Positions 8,710 to 17,933 of a stretch of 64,000 nucleotides of DNA are shown piece by piece. Position numbers and translations under genes: made by a program. Where the stretch lies: positions 1 to 64,000 of the forward strand of contig CAWEZH010000001.1 in the NCBI GenBank assembly GCA_963813535.1. The letters run 5' to 3'. Below the pieces are notes generated by a model, which had not been told where the DNA came from, made no database searches, and saw nothing but the letters and a program-made list of their open reading frames with translations. This stretch comes from an uncultured Chloroflexia bacterium (GTDB lineage: Bacteria; Chloroflexota; Limnocylindria; Limnocylindrales; CSP1-4). Every line of letters begins with the position of its first letter. The first letter of the stretch is position 1.

Positions 8710-9171
8710 TCACTCCTCCGGGGCGAGGACCCAGCGGTCGATATCGCGCTCGTATTCGAGCAGCTCGCCATCACGGAACCAGAGGCCGAGCTCGGCCTCC
8801 GCGGCGTCGGGGCCATCCGACGCGTGGACGATGTTCTGCGCTGTCTCGAGGGCGAAATCGCCGCGGATCGTGCCCGGCGCCGCCTCGTGCGGACGCGTCG
8901 CGCCATTGAGCGCCCGGACCACGCCGATCGCGTTGGGACCCTCGAGCGCCAGCGCGACCAGGGGTGCCGACGTGATGAACTCGACCAGGCCCGCGAAGAA
9001 CGCCTTCTCGCGGTGAGCCGCGTAGTGGCGTTCGGCGAGGTCGCGATCCACGTGCACGAGCTTCAGCCCGACGATCTTCAGCCCACGCTCCTCGTACCGC
9101 GCGAGGATCCGACCGGCAAGCTGGCGCTGGACGCCATCGGGCTTGACGAGGACGAGGGTGCGTTCGATCAC
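8710..9171 (-). CDS. ndk: Nucleoside diphosphate kinase
   Basis: ERTLVLVKPDGV, PGTIRGDF and NIVHASD (catalytic His). Confidence 0.97.
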   Translation of the reverse strand: MIERTLVLVKPDGVQRQLAGRILARYEERGLKIVGLKLVHVDRDLAERHYAAHREKAFFAGLVEFITSAPLVALALEGPNAIGVVRALNGATRPHEAAPGTIRGDFALETAQNIVHASDGPDAAEAELGLWFRDGELLEYERDIDRWVLAPEE

Positions 9172-10091
9172 TCGGGGTCTCCTTCGGACACGGGATCTGA
9201 CGGCGGATCCGATACATGGGGCGGCGGGAGCTGGTCGGGTCGGGCGGCGTCGACGTAGGCACGCCGCGCGTCAAGCTCGCGACCGACGAGACGATACGCA
9301 TCACCGCGGACGAGCGCCAGCCGTGGATCGTGGCGCTCTCCGACGAGGTCGATGACGGCGGGCGCGAGGGCTGGGGCGATCCGCAGCACGATGGCCAGCC
9401 GAAGCGCGGCGCCGGTCACGTCACCGACATCGAGCGCGGCCCGGCCGGCGTCGAGTGCCTCCTCGCCGGTCGGCAGCGAGGCGTCGATCGCCGCCTGTGA
9501 TTCGGCCTCCGCCTCGGCTGCGGCGGCGAGGTCCTCGTCCCATAGGCCCGCACCGACGGCGGCGGCGTCCTCGGCCTCGGCCGGTTGCGGCGGGGGCGGG
9601 TCCGCGCTAGCCGTTCGAGGCTCCGGGCTCGTCGCGCGTCCGGTCGCAGCGCGACCCGCGTGGGGCGCGTCGAACATCGTCGTCGCGGACGGCGGCGGGG
9701 CGGCCGGGTCGGGTGGCCAGGCCGGGCTGCGCGGCATGCCCGCGAACAGCGCGTCGATCGAACCGTCGGCGATCGCGAGTGCCTTGGCTGCGAGCCGTCG
9801 CGCTTCGGTCGGGCGACCGCGTTCCGCCGCCGCCTCGGCGGCGACGATCAGCGCGAGGACCGGGCCCTCGTCGTCGTCGAGCACGAGCGCGGCGGCCTCG
9901 CCGGCACCGGCGATGTCGCCCGTGCGCCAGCGCGCCTCTGCCAGGTCGACGACGCCATCGGCGTCGAGCATGTCCTTGCCGGCCAGGGTTTCCAGTTCCG
10001 CGCGCGCGAGGGACAACGAGCCGAGGCGGAGGTGGAGCCGCGCGAGGACCAGGTCGGGGGCTCGCTCCGACGAGCCTGGCTTGTCGCTCAT
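9168..10091 (-). CDS. Hypothetical helical-repeat (TPR-like) protein
   Basis: Ala-rich amphipathic helices with a Pro-rich linker; 4-nt overlaps with both neighbours. Confidence 0.7.
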   Translation of the reverse strand: MSDKPGSSERAPDLVLARLHLRLGSLSLARAELETLAGKDMLDADGVVDLAEARWRTGDIAGAGEAAALVLDDDEGPVLALIVAAEAAAERGRPTEARRLAAKALAIADGSIDALFAGMPRSPAWPPDPAAPPPSATTMFDAPHAGRAATGRATSPEPRTASADPPPPQPAEAEDAAAVGAGLWDEDLAAAAEAEAESQAAIDASLPTGEEALDAGRAALDVGDVTGAALRLAIVLRIAPALAPAVIDLVGERHDPRLALVRGDAYRLVGRELDARRAYVDAARPDQLPPPHVSDPPSDPVSEGDPE

Positions 10092-11356
10092 GCGGGCAGG
10101 TGCAGATGCCGATCGATGCCGCGCAGCGCCCGTCCTGGGGCGACCGCGGCGAGCCGCAGGCCCTCGTCGACGACCAGCGTCGTGGCCACGCGCTGGATGT
10201 CGTCGGCCGTCACGGCATCGACCTCGGCGAGGGCCTCATCGACGGTCAGGACACGATCGTGCAGCGCCTCCTGGCCGCCGATCCACGAGGCGACGTGGCG
10301 CGTCTCGTCCATCCGCAGCTCGAGGCCGCCCGACAGGTAGCGCTTGGCCTTGTCGAGCTCCTCCGGGGGCACCCGCTCGTCACGGAGTCGGATCAGCTCG
10401 ACCAGGATGGCCTCGAGCGCATCGTCGAGGGAGTCCGGGTCGACCCCGGCCGAGATCTCGAGGGCGCCGGCATCGGCGTAGTCGACCAGACCGGACGAGA
10501 TGTCGTAGGCGAGACCGCGTTCCTCGCGAACGGCCAGGAACAGCCGGCTGCTCATTCCGTCACCGAGGACGGCGTTGAGCAGGGCCAGCGTCCACGCGTC
10601 GGGATGGTCGCGATGCAGCGCCGGTACACCGACGACCAGCTGGGCCTGTGCGGTGGCTCGCTTGCCGACCAGGACGCGATCGCCGGCAGGCAGGGCAGGC
10701 GCCGCCTCGTACCCGGGAACGACGCCATCGCCCGTACCGAACGCGGTCGCGGCCAGGTCGACGGCAGCCGCATGGTCGAGATCGCCGGCCACGGCCACCA
10801 CCGTATTCGCCGGTCGATACGCCGTGCGCCAGAAACCACGGATCGTCGCGTCAGGGAGGGCCCGGATGCCGGCCTCGTCGCCACAGATCTCGCGACCAAG
10901 CGGCCCGTCGCCGAACATCGCGGTCTGGAACAGGATCTGGGCGTACTCAGTGGGGTCGTCCTGGTAGCCGCGGATCTCCTCGATGATGACGTTCCGCTCG
11001 CCCGCGATCTCGTCCGCGCTCAGTCGAGGGCGGACGATCAGCTCGCCGACCACGTCCATCGCCCGCCGGGCCTCGCGTATCGGGACGCGTACCCAGTACA
11101 CGGTCGACTCGCGATCGGTCGCCGCGTTGAACGAGCCGCCCACGCCCTCGATCGCCTCGCTGATGGCACGAGTCGTGGGGTAGGCGGCGGTGCCCTTGAA
11201 GGTCAGATGCTCCATGAAGTGGGCGACGCCGGCCTCGGCCGCGCTTTCCAGGCGTGAACCGGCCAGGACGTACGCTGCGATGGAGACCGAACGCGCCCCC
11301 GGCACGCGGGAGCTGATGACGCGCGGCCCATCGGGCAGCGCGGTCCGTTCGAACAT
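10088..11356 (-). CDS. M16 family zinc peptidase
   Basis: Inverted zinc motif HFMEH, FNAAT, and GDGMSSRLFLAVREERGLAY. Confidence 0.93.
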   Translation of the reverse strand: MFERTALPDGPRVISSRVPGARSVSIAAYVLAGSRLESAAEAGVAHFMEHLTFKGTAAYPTTRAISEAIEGVGGSFNAATDRESTVYWVRVPIREARRAMDVVGELIVRPRLSADEIAGERNVIIEEIRGYQDDPTEYAQILFQTAMFGDGPLGREICGDEAGIRALPDATIRGFWRTAYRPANTVVAVAGDLDHAAAVDLAATAFGTGDGVVPGYEAAPALPAGDRVLVGKRATAQAQLVVGVPALHRDHPDAWTLALLNAVLGDGMSSRLFLAVREERGLAYDISSGLVDYADAGALEISAGVDPDSLDDALEAILVELIRLRDERVPPEELDKAKRYLSGGLELRMDETRHVASWIGGQEALHDRVLTVDEALAEVDAVTADDIQRVATTLVVDEGLRLAAVAPGRALRGIDRHLHLPA

Positions 11357-11522
11357 CGCGACGGATGGTACAGGACGATGTCGGTCCCGCCGGTCGCGCC
11401 TCCGGAGTCGTGACGGCATCGGGCGCATGGCTGCTGGTCGGCGCCGCTATCCTGTCCCCCGGAGGCGCGCGATCCGTCAGCGGGCGAGTCCGGTCGCGTG
11501 CCCGTGGAGGAGGTTCCAGGTT

Positions 11523-12845
11523 ATGAGCCGACGACTGTCGTGGCTGACGGTCTTGATGACCGTCGCCCTCATCGCGGGTGCCTGCTCGGGTAGCGGCACG
11601 ACGACCTCGCCGTCGGGTGGAGCGTCGGCAGAGCCGCCCGCCTCCGCCTCGACAGCACCGTCGGGCAGCGCCGGCTCGCCGGCTGCCGCCGATTGCGCCG
11701 GGACCGGCACCCAGGGCGGCGGAGCCGACCTGCAGATCCCCGACGTCGAAGAAGGCAAGTTCAACGTGGCGATGGTGCTCATCGGCCCGCACGACGACGG
11801 CGGCTGGAGCCAGGCCCACTACGAGGGCCTCCAATACGTGTGCCAGAACGTGGCGGACAGCCACGTCGCCTACATCGAGCTCGTCCCCGAGGGCGCCGAC
11901 TCCGAGCAGGTCTTCCGGAGTCTCGCGCGGAAGGGCTTCCAGTTCATCATCGGCACGTCCTTCGGGTACATGGACCCGATGGCCACCGTCGCCGAGGAGT
12001 TCCCCGACGCGACCTTCCTGCATCTGACCGGCTTCAAGTCGAACGGCAAGAACTTCGGCAACTTCTTCGGCGCCATGGAGGACTTCAAGTACCTCGCCGG
12101 CATGCTCGCGGGCTCGCGCGCCAAGGCCGACGGCAACCCGAAGATCGGCTACATGGCGACGTTCCCCATCCCGGAGGAGCTGCGTCTCGGCAACGCGATC
12201 ATGCGCGGGGTCAAGCAGACCTGCCCCGAATGCACGATGGACGTCCGGTTCATCAACACCTGGCACGACCCGGTCAAGGAGCGTGATGGAGCGGCGTCGC
12301 TGTTCGACGCCGGCGCCCAGGTCGTGTTCACCGGCGCCGACACCCCGGCAGTCGCGGACGTGGCGCAGGAGAAGGGCAAGTGGGGCGTGACCTACGACCA
12401 TCCTGTGTCGTGCCATGTCGACGCCTGCCTGACCGCGCCGTACTGGATCTGGGGTCCCGAGTACGCGCGCATCGCCGAGCAGGTCAAATCGAAGACCTAC
12501 ACCGCCGGCTACGAGTACTTCGACGCCGACTCGAAGGCGATGGGCCTGTTCGGGTTCATGGACGGCGAGACGCCGCAGCCGGGCATCGCCGACCTGCCCG
12601 AGGCCGACGTGACCAAGGTGAAGGACACCCTCGCCCAGATGCTCGAGAGCAGCACGGCCAGGTTCGATGTCGTCTTCGCCGGGCCGATCGTCGACAACAC
12701 CGGCAAGGAGCTCGTGCCTGCAGGCCAGAAGCTCGAGCAGTCCGACCTCGACCAGTTCCCGCCCGGGGCACCCGGCGCGGAGTGCACGACCTGCATGTAC
12801 TGGTGGAACGAGGGCATCACCGTCGAGCTACCCGCACTCTCGTAG
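11523..12845 (+). CDS. BMP-family ABC transporter substrate-binding lipoprotein (probably nucleoside/purine)
   Basis: Lipobox IAGAC, DGGWSQAH and GTSFGY motifs; GGAGGAGG RBS upstream. Confidence 0.9.
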   Translation: MSRRLSWLTVLMTVALIAGACSGSGTTTSPSGGASAEPPASASTAPSGSAGSPAAADCAGTGTQGGGADLQIPDVEEGKFNVAMVLIGPHDDGGWSQAHYEGLQYVCQNVADSHVAYIELVPEGADSEQVFRSLARKGFQFIIGTSFGYMDPMATVAEEFPDATFLHLTGFKSNGKNFGNFFGAMEDFKYLAGMLAGSRAKADGNPKIGYMATFPIPEELRLGNAIMRGVKQTCPECTMDVRFINTWHDPVKERDGAASLFDAGAQVVFTGADTPAVADVAQEKGKWGVTYDHPVSCHVDACLTAPYWIWGPEYARIAEQVKSKTYTAGYEYFDADSKAMGLFGFMDGETPQPGIADLPEADVTKVKDTLAQMLESSTARFDVVFAGPIVDNTGKELVPAGQKLEQSDLDQFPPGAPGAECTTCMYWWNEGITVELPALS

Positions 12846-12903
12846 GTCCGAGTCGGTGGCGGGAGCCGGCCGGCCGGCACCCGCCGCTCATCCGGTCTAG
12901 CCG

Positions 12904-14451
12904 ATGACCGAGTCGGGATCGGCCGCGCCCGTCGCCGCTGAGGCGCCACCCGCCATCGAAGCGGTCGGGATCGTCAAGACGTTCCCGGGCGTGCGCGCCA
13001 ACGACCACGTCGACTTCGACGTCCGACCCGGTGAGATCCACGCCCTCCTGGGCGAGAACGGGGCCGGCAAGAGCACGCTCATGAACGTGCTGGCCGGGCT
13101 CTACCGTCCCGATGAGGGTGTGGTCCGAGTGGGTGGCCAGGACGTCGGACTCCGCTCGCCTCGCGACGCGATCGCTGCTGGCATCGGGATGGTGCACCAG
13201 CACTTCACCCTGGTGCCATCGCAAACGGTCGCCGAGAACGTGCTCCTCGGCCTCGACCGACCGCGCTTCCGGCTGGACCTGCGCCGGACCGAGGCCGAGG
13301 TCGATCGACTCGCCAAGGAAGTCGGTCTGCACGTCGACGCGGGCGCGCGGGTCTGGCAGCTGTCCGTGGGCGAGCAGCAGCGTGTCGAGATCATCAAGCT
13401 CCTGTTCCACGGAGCCCGTGTGCTCATCCTCGACGAGCCGACGGCAGTCCTGGCGCCCCAGGAGATCGCCGACTTCTTCGCGACCCTGCGATCGATGGTC
13501 GCCGGCGGGAGAAGCGTCGTCTTCATCAGCCACAAGCTCGGCGAGGTCCTGTCGATCGCCGACCGCATCACGGTGATGCGAGGCGGGGTCGTGACCGCGG
13601 CGGGCATCGACCCATCGACCGTCACGCGCGCCGACCTCGCCCGACTGATGGTCGGTCGCCCGGTCCTGGAGCAGCTCAAGCGGACGGAGGTCGAGCCCGG
13701 GCCGGTGGTGCTCGCCGTCGAAGACATCCACGCGGACAACGATCGAGGGCTGCTCGCCCTCCGCGGGGCGTCGCTCGAGGTACGCGCCGGGGAGATCGTC
13801 GGAGTGGCGGCCGTCGCCGGCAACGGCCAGTCCGAGCTGGCCCAGGTGATCACCGGTCTGCGGACGTGTACCGGCCGAGTCCTGATCGATGGCCGCGACG
13901 TCGCCGCGAAGCCATCGCGCGAGGCCATCCGGGCGGGCGTGGGCCACGTTCCCGAGGATCGGGCCGGCGTGGGGAGCGCCCCGAACCTGTCGCTCGTCGA
14001 CAACCTCATCCTCCGCGCGTTCCGCCATCCGCCGATCGCGAAAGGTCCGCTGCTGGATGATCGAGCGGCGCGTACCAAGGCCGACGGCCTCCGGACCTCG
14101 TACTCGGTCGTGGCGCCGACCATCGACGCTCCCGTGCGCATCCTGTCCGGCGGCAACCTGCAGCGGCTGATCCTGGCCCGCGAGATCGACGCCGCACCGA
14201 AGGCCCTGATCTGTGTACAGCCGACCAGGGGTCTCGACGTCGGCGCGATCGAGGGCGTCCACCAGATGCTCCTTGACCTCCGCGCCCGTGGGACCGCCAT
14301 CCTGTTGATCTCCGAGGAGCTGGACGAGCTGCTGGCCCTGTCGGACCGGATCCTCGTGATGTACGAGGGACGCATCGCCGCGACATTCGAGACGCCGAGC
14401 GGCGCCGACGTCGGCGCGATCGGCCTGCACATGACCGGGGGCGAGTCGTGA
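12904..14451 (+). CDS. ABC transporter ATP-binding protein (CUT2 type, tandem domains)
   Basis: GENGAGKST, LSVGEQQR, LILDEPT and LSGGNLQR. Confidence 0.95.
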   Translation: MTESGSAAPVAAEAPPAIEAVGIVKTFPGVRANDHVDFDVRPGEIHALLGENGAGKSTLMNVLAGLYRPDEGVVRVGGQDVGLRSPRDAIAAGIGMVHQHFTLVPSQTVAENVLLGLDRPRFRLDLRRTEAEVDRLAKEVGLHVDAGARVWQLSVGEQQRVEIIKLLFHGARVLILDEPTAVLAPQEIADFFATLRSMVAGGRSVVFISHKLGEVLSIADRITVMRGGVVTAAGIDPSTVTRADLARLMVGRPVLEQLKRTEVEPGPVVLAVEDIHADNDRGLLALRGASLEVRAGEIVGVAAVAGNGQSELAQVITGLRTCTGRVLIDGRDVAAKPSREAIRAGVGHVPEDRAGVGSAPNLSLVDNLILRAFRHPPIAKGPLLDDRAARTKADGLRTSYSVVAPTIDAPVRILSGGNLQRLILAREIDAAPKALICVQPTRGLDVGAIEGVHQMLLDLRARGTAILLISEELDELLALSDRILVMYEGRIAATFETPSGADVGAIGLHMTGGES

Positions 14452-15536
14452 TCGTCCGCCTCGAACCACGCGGCGAGCCACCGCGCTGGCTCTCCCCGGT
14501 GCTGACGCTGCTGGCAGTTGTGGTCGCCCTGCTGATCGGCGCGGTCATCCTGGCCCTGGTCGGCGGCGACCCCGTCACGTCCTACCTGCACATCATCGAT
14601 GCCGCGTTCGGCGATATCGGCGTGCTGTCGGACACCCTGGTCAAGGCCACGCCGCTCATCCTCACCGGCCTGGCGTGCGTCCTGGCATTCCGGATGCGGC
14701 TGTGGAACATCGGTGCCGAGGGCCAGTTCCTGCTCGGTGCGTGGGGCGCCAGCCTCATCGTGCTCGCACCCGTCCTGCCGCCGGGCACCCCGGCGATCGT
14801 CGTGATCCCGGTGATGATGCTGGCCGGCGCGCTGGCGGGCGCCCTGTGGGGCGTCATCCCAGGACTCCTCAAGGCCCGCCTCGGCGTGAACGAGATCATC
14901 ACGACGCTGATGCTCAACTACATCGCACTGGCGTGGATCCAGTTCTGGGTCTTCGGGCCATGGAGCGAAGGTGGATTCCAGCAGACCGAGACGTTCCCAA
15001 GGGAGGCGTGGCTGCCCCGCCTGATGGACTTCGGCAAGGACATCCCGGCGCTCTCGGGTCTGACGACTCACATGGGGCTGGTCGTCGCGTTGATCGCGAC
15101 CGCACTCGTGTCGTTCGTGGTGTCGCGCACCCGGTGGGGGTACGAGATGCGGCTGATCGGCGACAACCCGCGGGCCGCTCGCTATGCGGGCATCGACATC
15201 GCCAAGTACATCATCGTCGTCTTCGCGGTCTCCGGAGCCCTCGCCGGGCTCGCCGGGATGAGCGAAGTGTCGGGCGCGGTCCACCGGTTGCAGGATCGTA
15301 TCTCACCCGGCTACGGCTTCACCGCGATCATCATCGCGTACCTCGCGCACCTCGGACCGTGGCGGGTGGTCGTCGCCTCGATCCTGTTCGGCGCGCTGAT
15401 CCTGGCCGGCCGCGAGATCCAGCCCTCGGGCGTCCCGGCCATGATCCAGGGGATCATCCTCTTCTGTCTGATCGTCGCCGACGCCTTCGTGCGCTATCGG
15501 GTGGTCATCGGCCGGCGGGCGGCTGCGACGGCATGA
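14448..15536 (+). CDS. ABC transporter permease (nucleoside type)
   Basis: WNIGAEGQ, NEIITTLMLNY and GDNPRAARYAGI. Confidence 0.93.
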   Translation: MIVRLEPRGEPPRWLSPVLTLLAVVVALLIGAVILALVGGDPVTSYLHIIDAAFGDIGVLSDTLVKATPLILTGLACVLAFRMRLWNIGAEGQFLLGAWGASLIVLAPVLPPGTPAIVVIPVMMLAGALAGALWGVIPGLLKARLGVNEIITTLMLNYIALAWIQFWVFGPWSEGGFQQTETFPREAWLPRLMDFGKDIPALSGLTTHMGLVVALIATALVSFVVSRTRWGYEMRLIGDNPRAARYAGIDIAKYIIVVFAVSGALAGLAGMSEVSGAVHRLQDRISPGYGFTAIIIAYLAHLGPWRVVVASILFGALILAGREIQPSGVPAMIQGIILFCLIVADAFVRYRVVIGRRAAATA

Positions 15537-16504
15537 TCGACCTCACCCTGGTCCTGGCGGCCGGCGTCGCGAGCGGGACCATCCTGCTGTTCGCGGCCAT
15601 CGGCGAGATCTTCGCCGAGCGCTCGGGTGTCCTGAACCTCGGCGTCGAGGGCATGATGCTGATCGGTGCGGTCACCGGCTTCTCCGTGGCGGCGTCGACC
15701 GGTGATCCGTGGGTCGGCTTGATCACGGCGATGCTCGCCGGCGGGGCGCTGAGCTTGATCCACGCCGTCGTGACCATCCATTTCCGGGTGGAACAGGTGA
15801 TCTCGGGCCTGGCGCTGGTCTTCCTGGGATCGGGGCTCGCGCGGGTCCTGGGCGATGGGCTGTCGAATGTCGGGTCGATCCATACCCTCCCGCGCTTCAC
15901 GGTCCCGCTTCTCTCGCAGATCCCCGTCATCGGCCCGATCCTGTTCCGCGAGCAGAGCGTGCTGACCTACCTGGGTTTCCTCCTGATCCCGGTCGCCATG
16001 TACTGGATCGACCGGACACGCCCCGGCCTCCACCTGCGGGCGGTCGGCGAACGACCGGCGGCCGCCGATGCCCAAGGCGTCGACGTCATCCGGATCCGAT
16101 ACGCGTACGTGCTGGTCGGTGGCCTGCTGGCCGGACTCGCCGGCGCGACCATCACCCTGGCGATCTCGCCCGGCTGGTTCGGAGACCAGACCGTCGGGGG
16201 TCGAGGCTGGATCGCTGTCGGCCTCGTGATCTTCGCCCAGTGGAACCCGCTCCGCGCGGCGATCGGCGCCTACCTGTTCGGCGCCATCTTCCGCTTCATC
16301 ATCGACCTCCAGGGGCCCGCGACGATCTTCGGAGTCGCCAATCCCTTCACGGCCGGGCGCTCGGCGACATTCTTCCTCGAGATGCTGCCCTTCCTGTTCG
16401 TCATCCTCGTCGTGATCCTCGGCTCCCGGGAGGCGCTGCGCCGGAGGGTCGGCGCGCCGGCCGCTCTGGGCATCCCGTATGTGCGTGGGGAGCGCGGAGC
16501 CTAG
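15533..16504 (+). CDS. ABC transporter permease (nucleoside type)
   Basis: ERSGVLNLGVEGMML and GRGWIAVGLV; ATG overlaps the previous stop. Confidence 0.93.
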   Translation: MIDLTLVLAAGVASGTILLFAAIGEIFAERSGVLNLGVEGMMLIGAVTGFSVAASTGDPWVGLITAMLAGGALSLIHAVVTIHFRVEQVISGLALVFLGSGLARVLGDGLSNVGSIHTLPRFTVPLLSQIPVIGPILFREQSVLTYLGFLLIPVAMYWIDRTRPGLHLRAVGERPAAADAQGVDVIRIRYAYVLVGGLLAGLAGATITLAISPGWFGDQTVGGRGWIAVGLVIFAQWNPLRAAIGAYLFGAIFRFIIDLQGPATIFGVANPFTAGRSATFFLEMLPFLFVILVVILGSREALRRRVGAPAALGIPYVRGERGA

Positions 16505-16537
16505 GTCCGCCGCCGGCGACCCTCGAGGCGCGAGCCG

Positions 16538-16975
16538 TTATTCGTCCTCGTGGACGTCGAGCCCGAGCAATTCCATCTGGACGTAGTCGGACGTGTCGAA
16601 CTCGAGCTGCCGCGGTGCGAACGGCGAGGTGTCCTCGCTCCCGGCGCCGATCGGCGCGAACTCGACGATGACCCGTTCGTCACCCTGGACGAGCGTGTAG
16701 ACCAGCAGCTGGTCGGGCCGGGTCTCGAACTCGAGGTGCTCGAAGGAATCGATGTTCAGGGTGATGGCCAGCGGTGTGAAGTAGGTCGAGGTCTCCGGAG
16801 CATCGGTCACGATGCGTTCGACCCAGCCGGTCCCGTGCGCGATGACGTCACGCCCGCGGATGTACCGATACGTGACGGTCTGCTTCAACAGCGGCTTGAG
16901 CAGGTGGAGCATGTCCGTCGCACTGGCTACGACGCCCTGGTTCACGAAGAACTTGGCGGCCGGCGACGTCGACAC
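16538..16975 (-). CDS. Hypothetical protein (about 145 aa, beta-rich)
   Basis: 3' end of a long ORF with normal protein composition; AGGAG RBS before GTG 16975; fills the gap between recognised genes. Confidence 0.75.
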   Translation of the reverse strand: MSTSPAAKFFVNQGVVASATDMLHLLKPLLKQTVTYRYIRGRDVIAHGTGWVERIVTDAPETSTYFTPLAITLNIDSFEHLEFETRPDQLLVYTLVQGDERVIVEFAPIGAGSEDTSPFAPRQLEFDTSDYVQMELLGLDVHEDE

Positions 16976-17120
16976 GAGTCGGACTCCTGCAGTCGATGGC
17001 TGGGGGACATGGCCTCGGAGGACGCGGCGATGGTACCGCAGGGCGATGGCCGCCGGGACGGTCGTGGACACATCGCGCGCGTCGCGGAGTGCCGGTCGGA
17101 CGCCGCGTATCATCGCGGCC

Positions 17121-17933
17121 ATGCTCCTGGCGATCGACATCGGCAACACCAACGTCACGATCGGCCTGCTGCGCAACGGGGCGCTCGTCGCCACCCGTCG
17201 GGCGGCGACGATGCCGCGCGCCACCGCCGACGAGATCGAGGTGCTGCTCGATGGCCTCCTGCACCTCGACGATGCGTCGTTCGGCGACGTCGATGCGATC
17301 GCCTGTGCCTCTGTCGTTCCCGCCCTGACGGCGCACATCGAGTCGATCTCGGCCCGCCGTGAGCGACCGCTGACGCTGGCCGCTCCCGGCACCGTCCCGC
17401 TCGCAGTCCGGACCGAGCGTCCCGGCGAGGTGGGCGCCGATCGGCTGGTGAACGCCCTCGCCGCGGGCCGGCTGTACGGCATGCCGGCGGTGGTCGTGGA
17501 CTTCGGGACGGCCACGACGTTCGACTGCGTCGCCGCGGACGGGGCGTACGTCGGCGGCGCGATCGCACCTGGGCTCGAGCTCGGCCTCGAGGCGCTGGCG
17601 GCCCGGACCGCGAAGCTTCCACGCATCGAGCTGCGAGCGCCGGATCGGGCGATCGGCCGCGACACGGTGAGCGCGATGCAGTCGGGGACCGTCTTCGGGT
17701 ACCAAGCACTGGTCGCCGGGTTGCTGACCCGGATCCGGCGCGAGCTGGCGGACCAGGCGGGCGTCGCGCCGGCCGAGGTGCGTACGATCCTCACCGGCGG
17801 GCTGTCCGCGGCACCGTGGGCCAGCGACCTCGAGGGCATCGACGCGATCGATCCGGACCTGACGCTGAAGGGACTGGCCATCCTCCATGCCGAAGTCGCC
17901 GGCGGCGAGCGCCTCGAGCTGGGCCTGCCGTGA
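17121..17933 (+). CDS. coaX: Type III pantothenate kinase
   Basis: LAIDIGNTN, VGADR and VDFGTATT. Confidence 0.96.
   Translation: MLLAIDIGNTNVTIGLLRNGALVATRRAATMPRATADEIEVLLDGLLHLDDASFGDVDAIACASVVPALTAHIESISARRERPLTLAAPGTVPLAVRTERPGEVGADRLVNALAAGRLYGMPAVVVDFGTATTFDCVAADGAYVGGAIAPGLELGLEALAARTAKLPRIELRAPDRAIGRDTVSAMQSGTVFGYQALVAGLLTRIRRELADQAGVAPAEVRTILTGGLSAAPWASDLEGIDAIDPDLTLKGLAILHAEVAGGERLELGLP

Noticed and set aside
11430-11522. Purine riboswitch upstream of the BMP transporter
   Set aside because: The leader is short and I see no purine-aptamer consensus or terminator. An Rfam scan would settle it.
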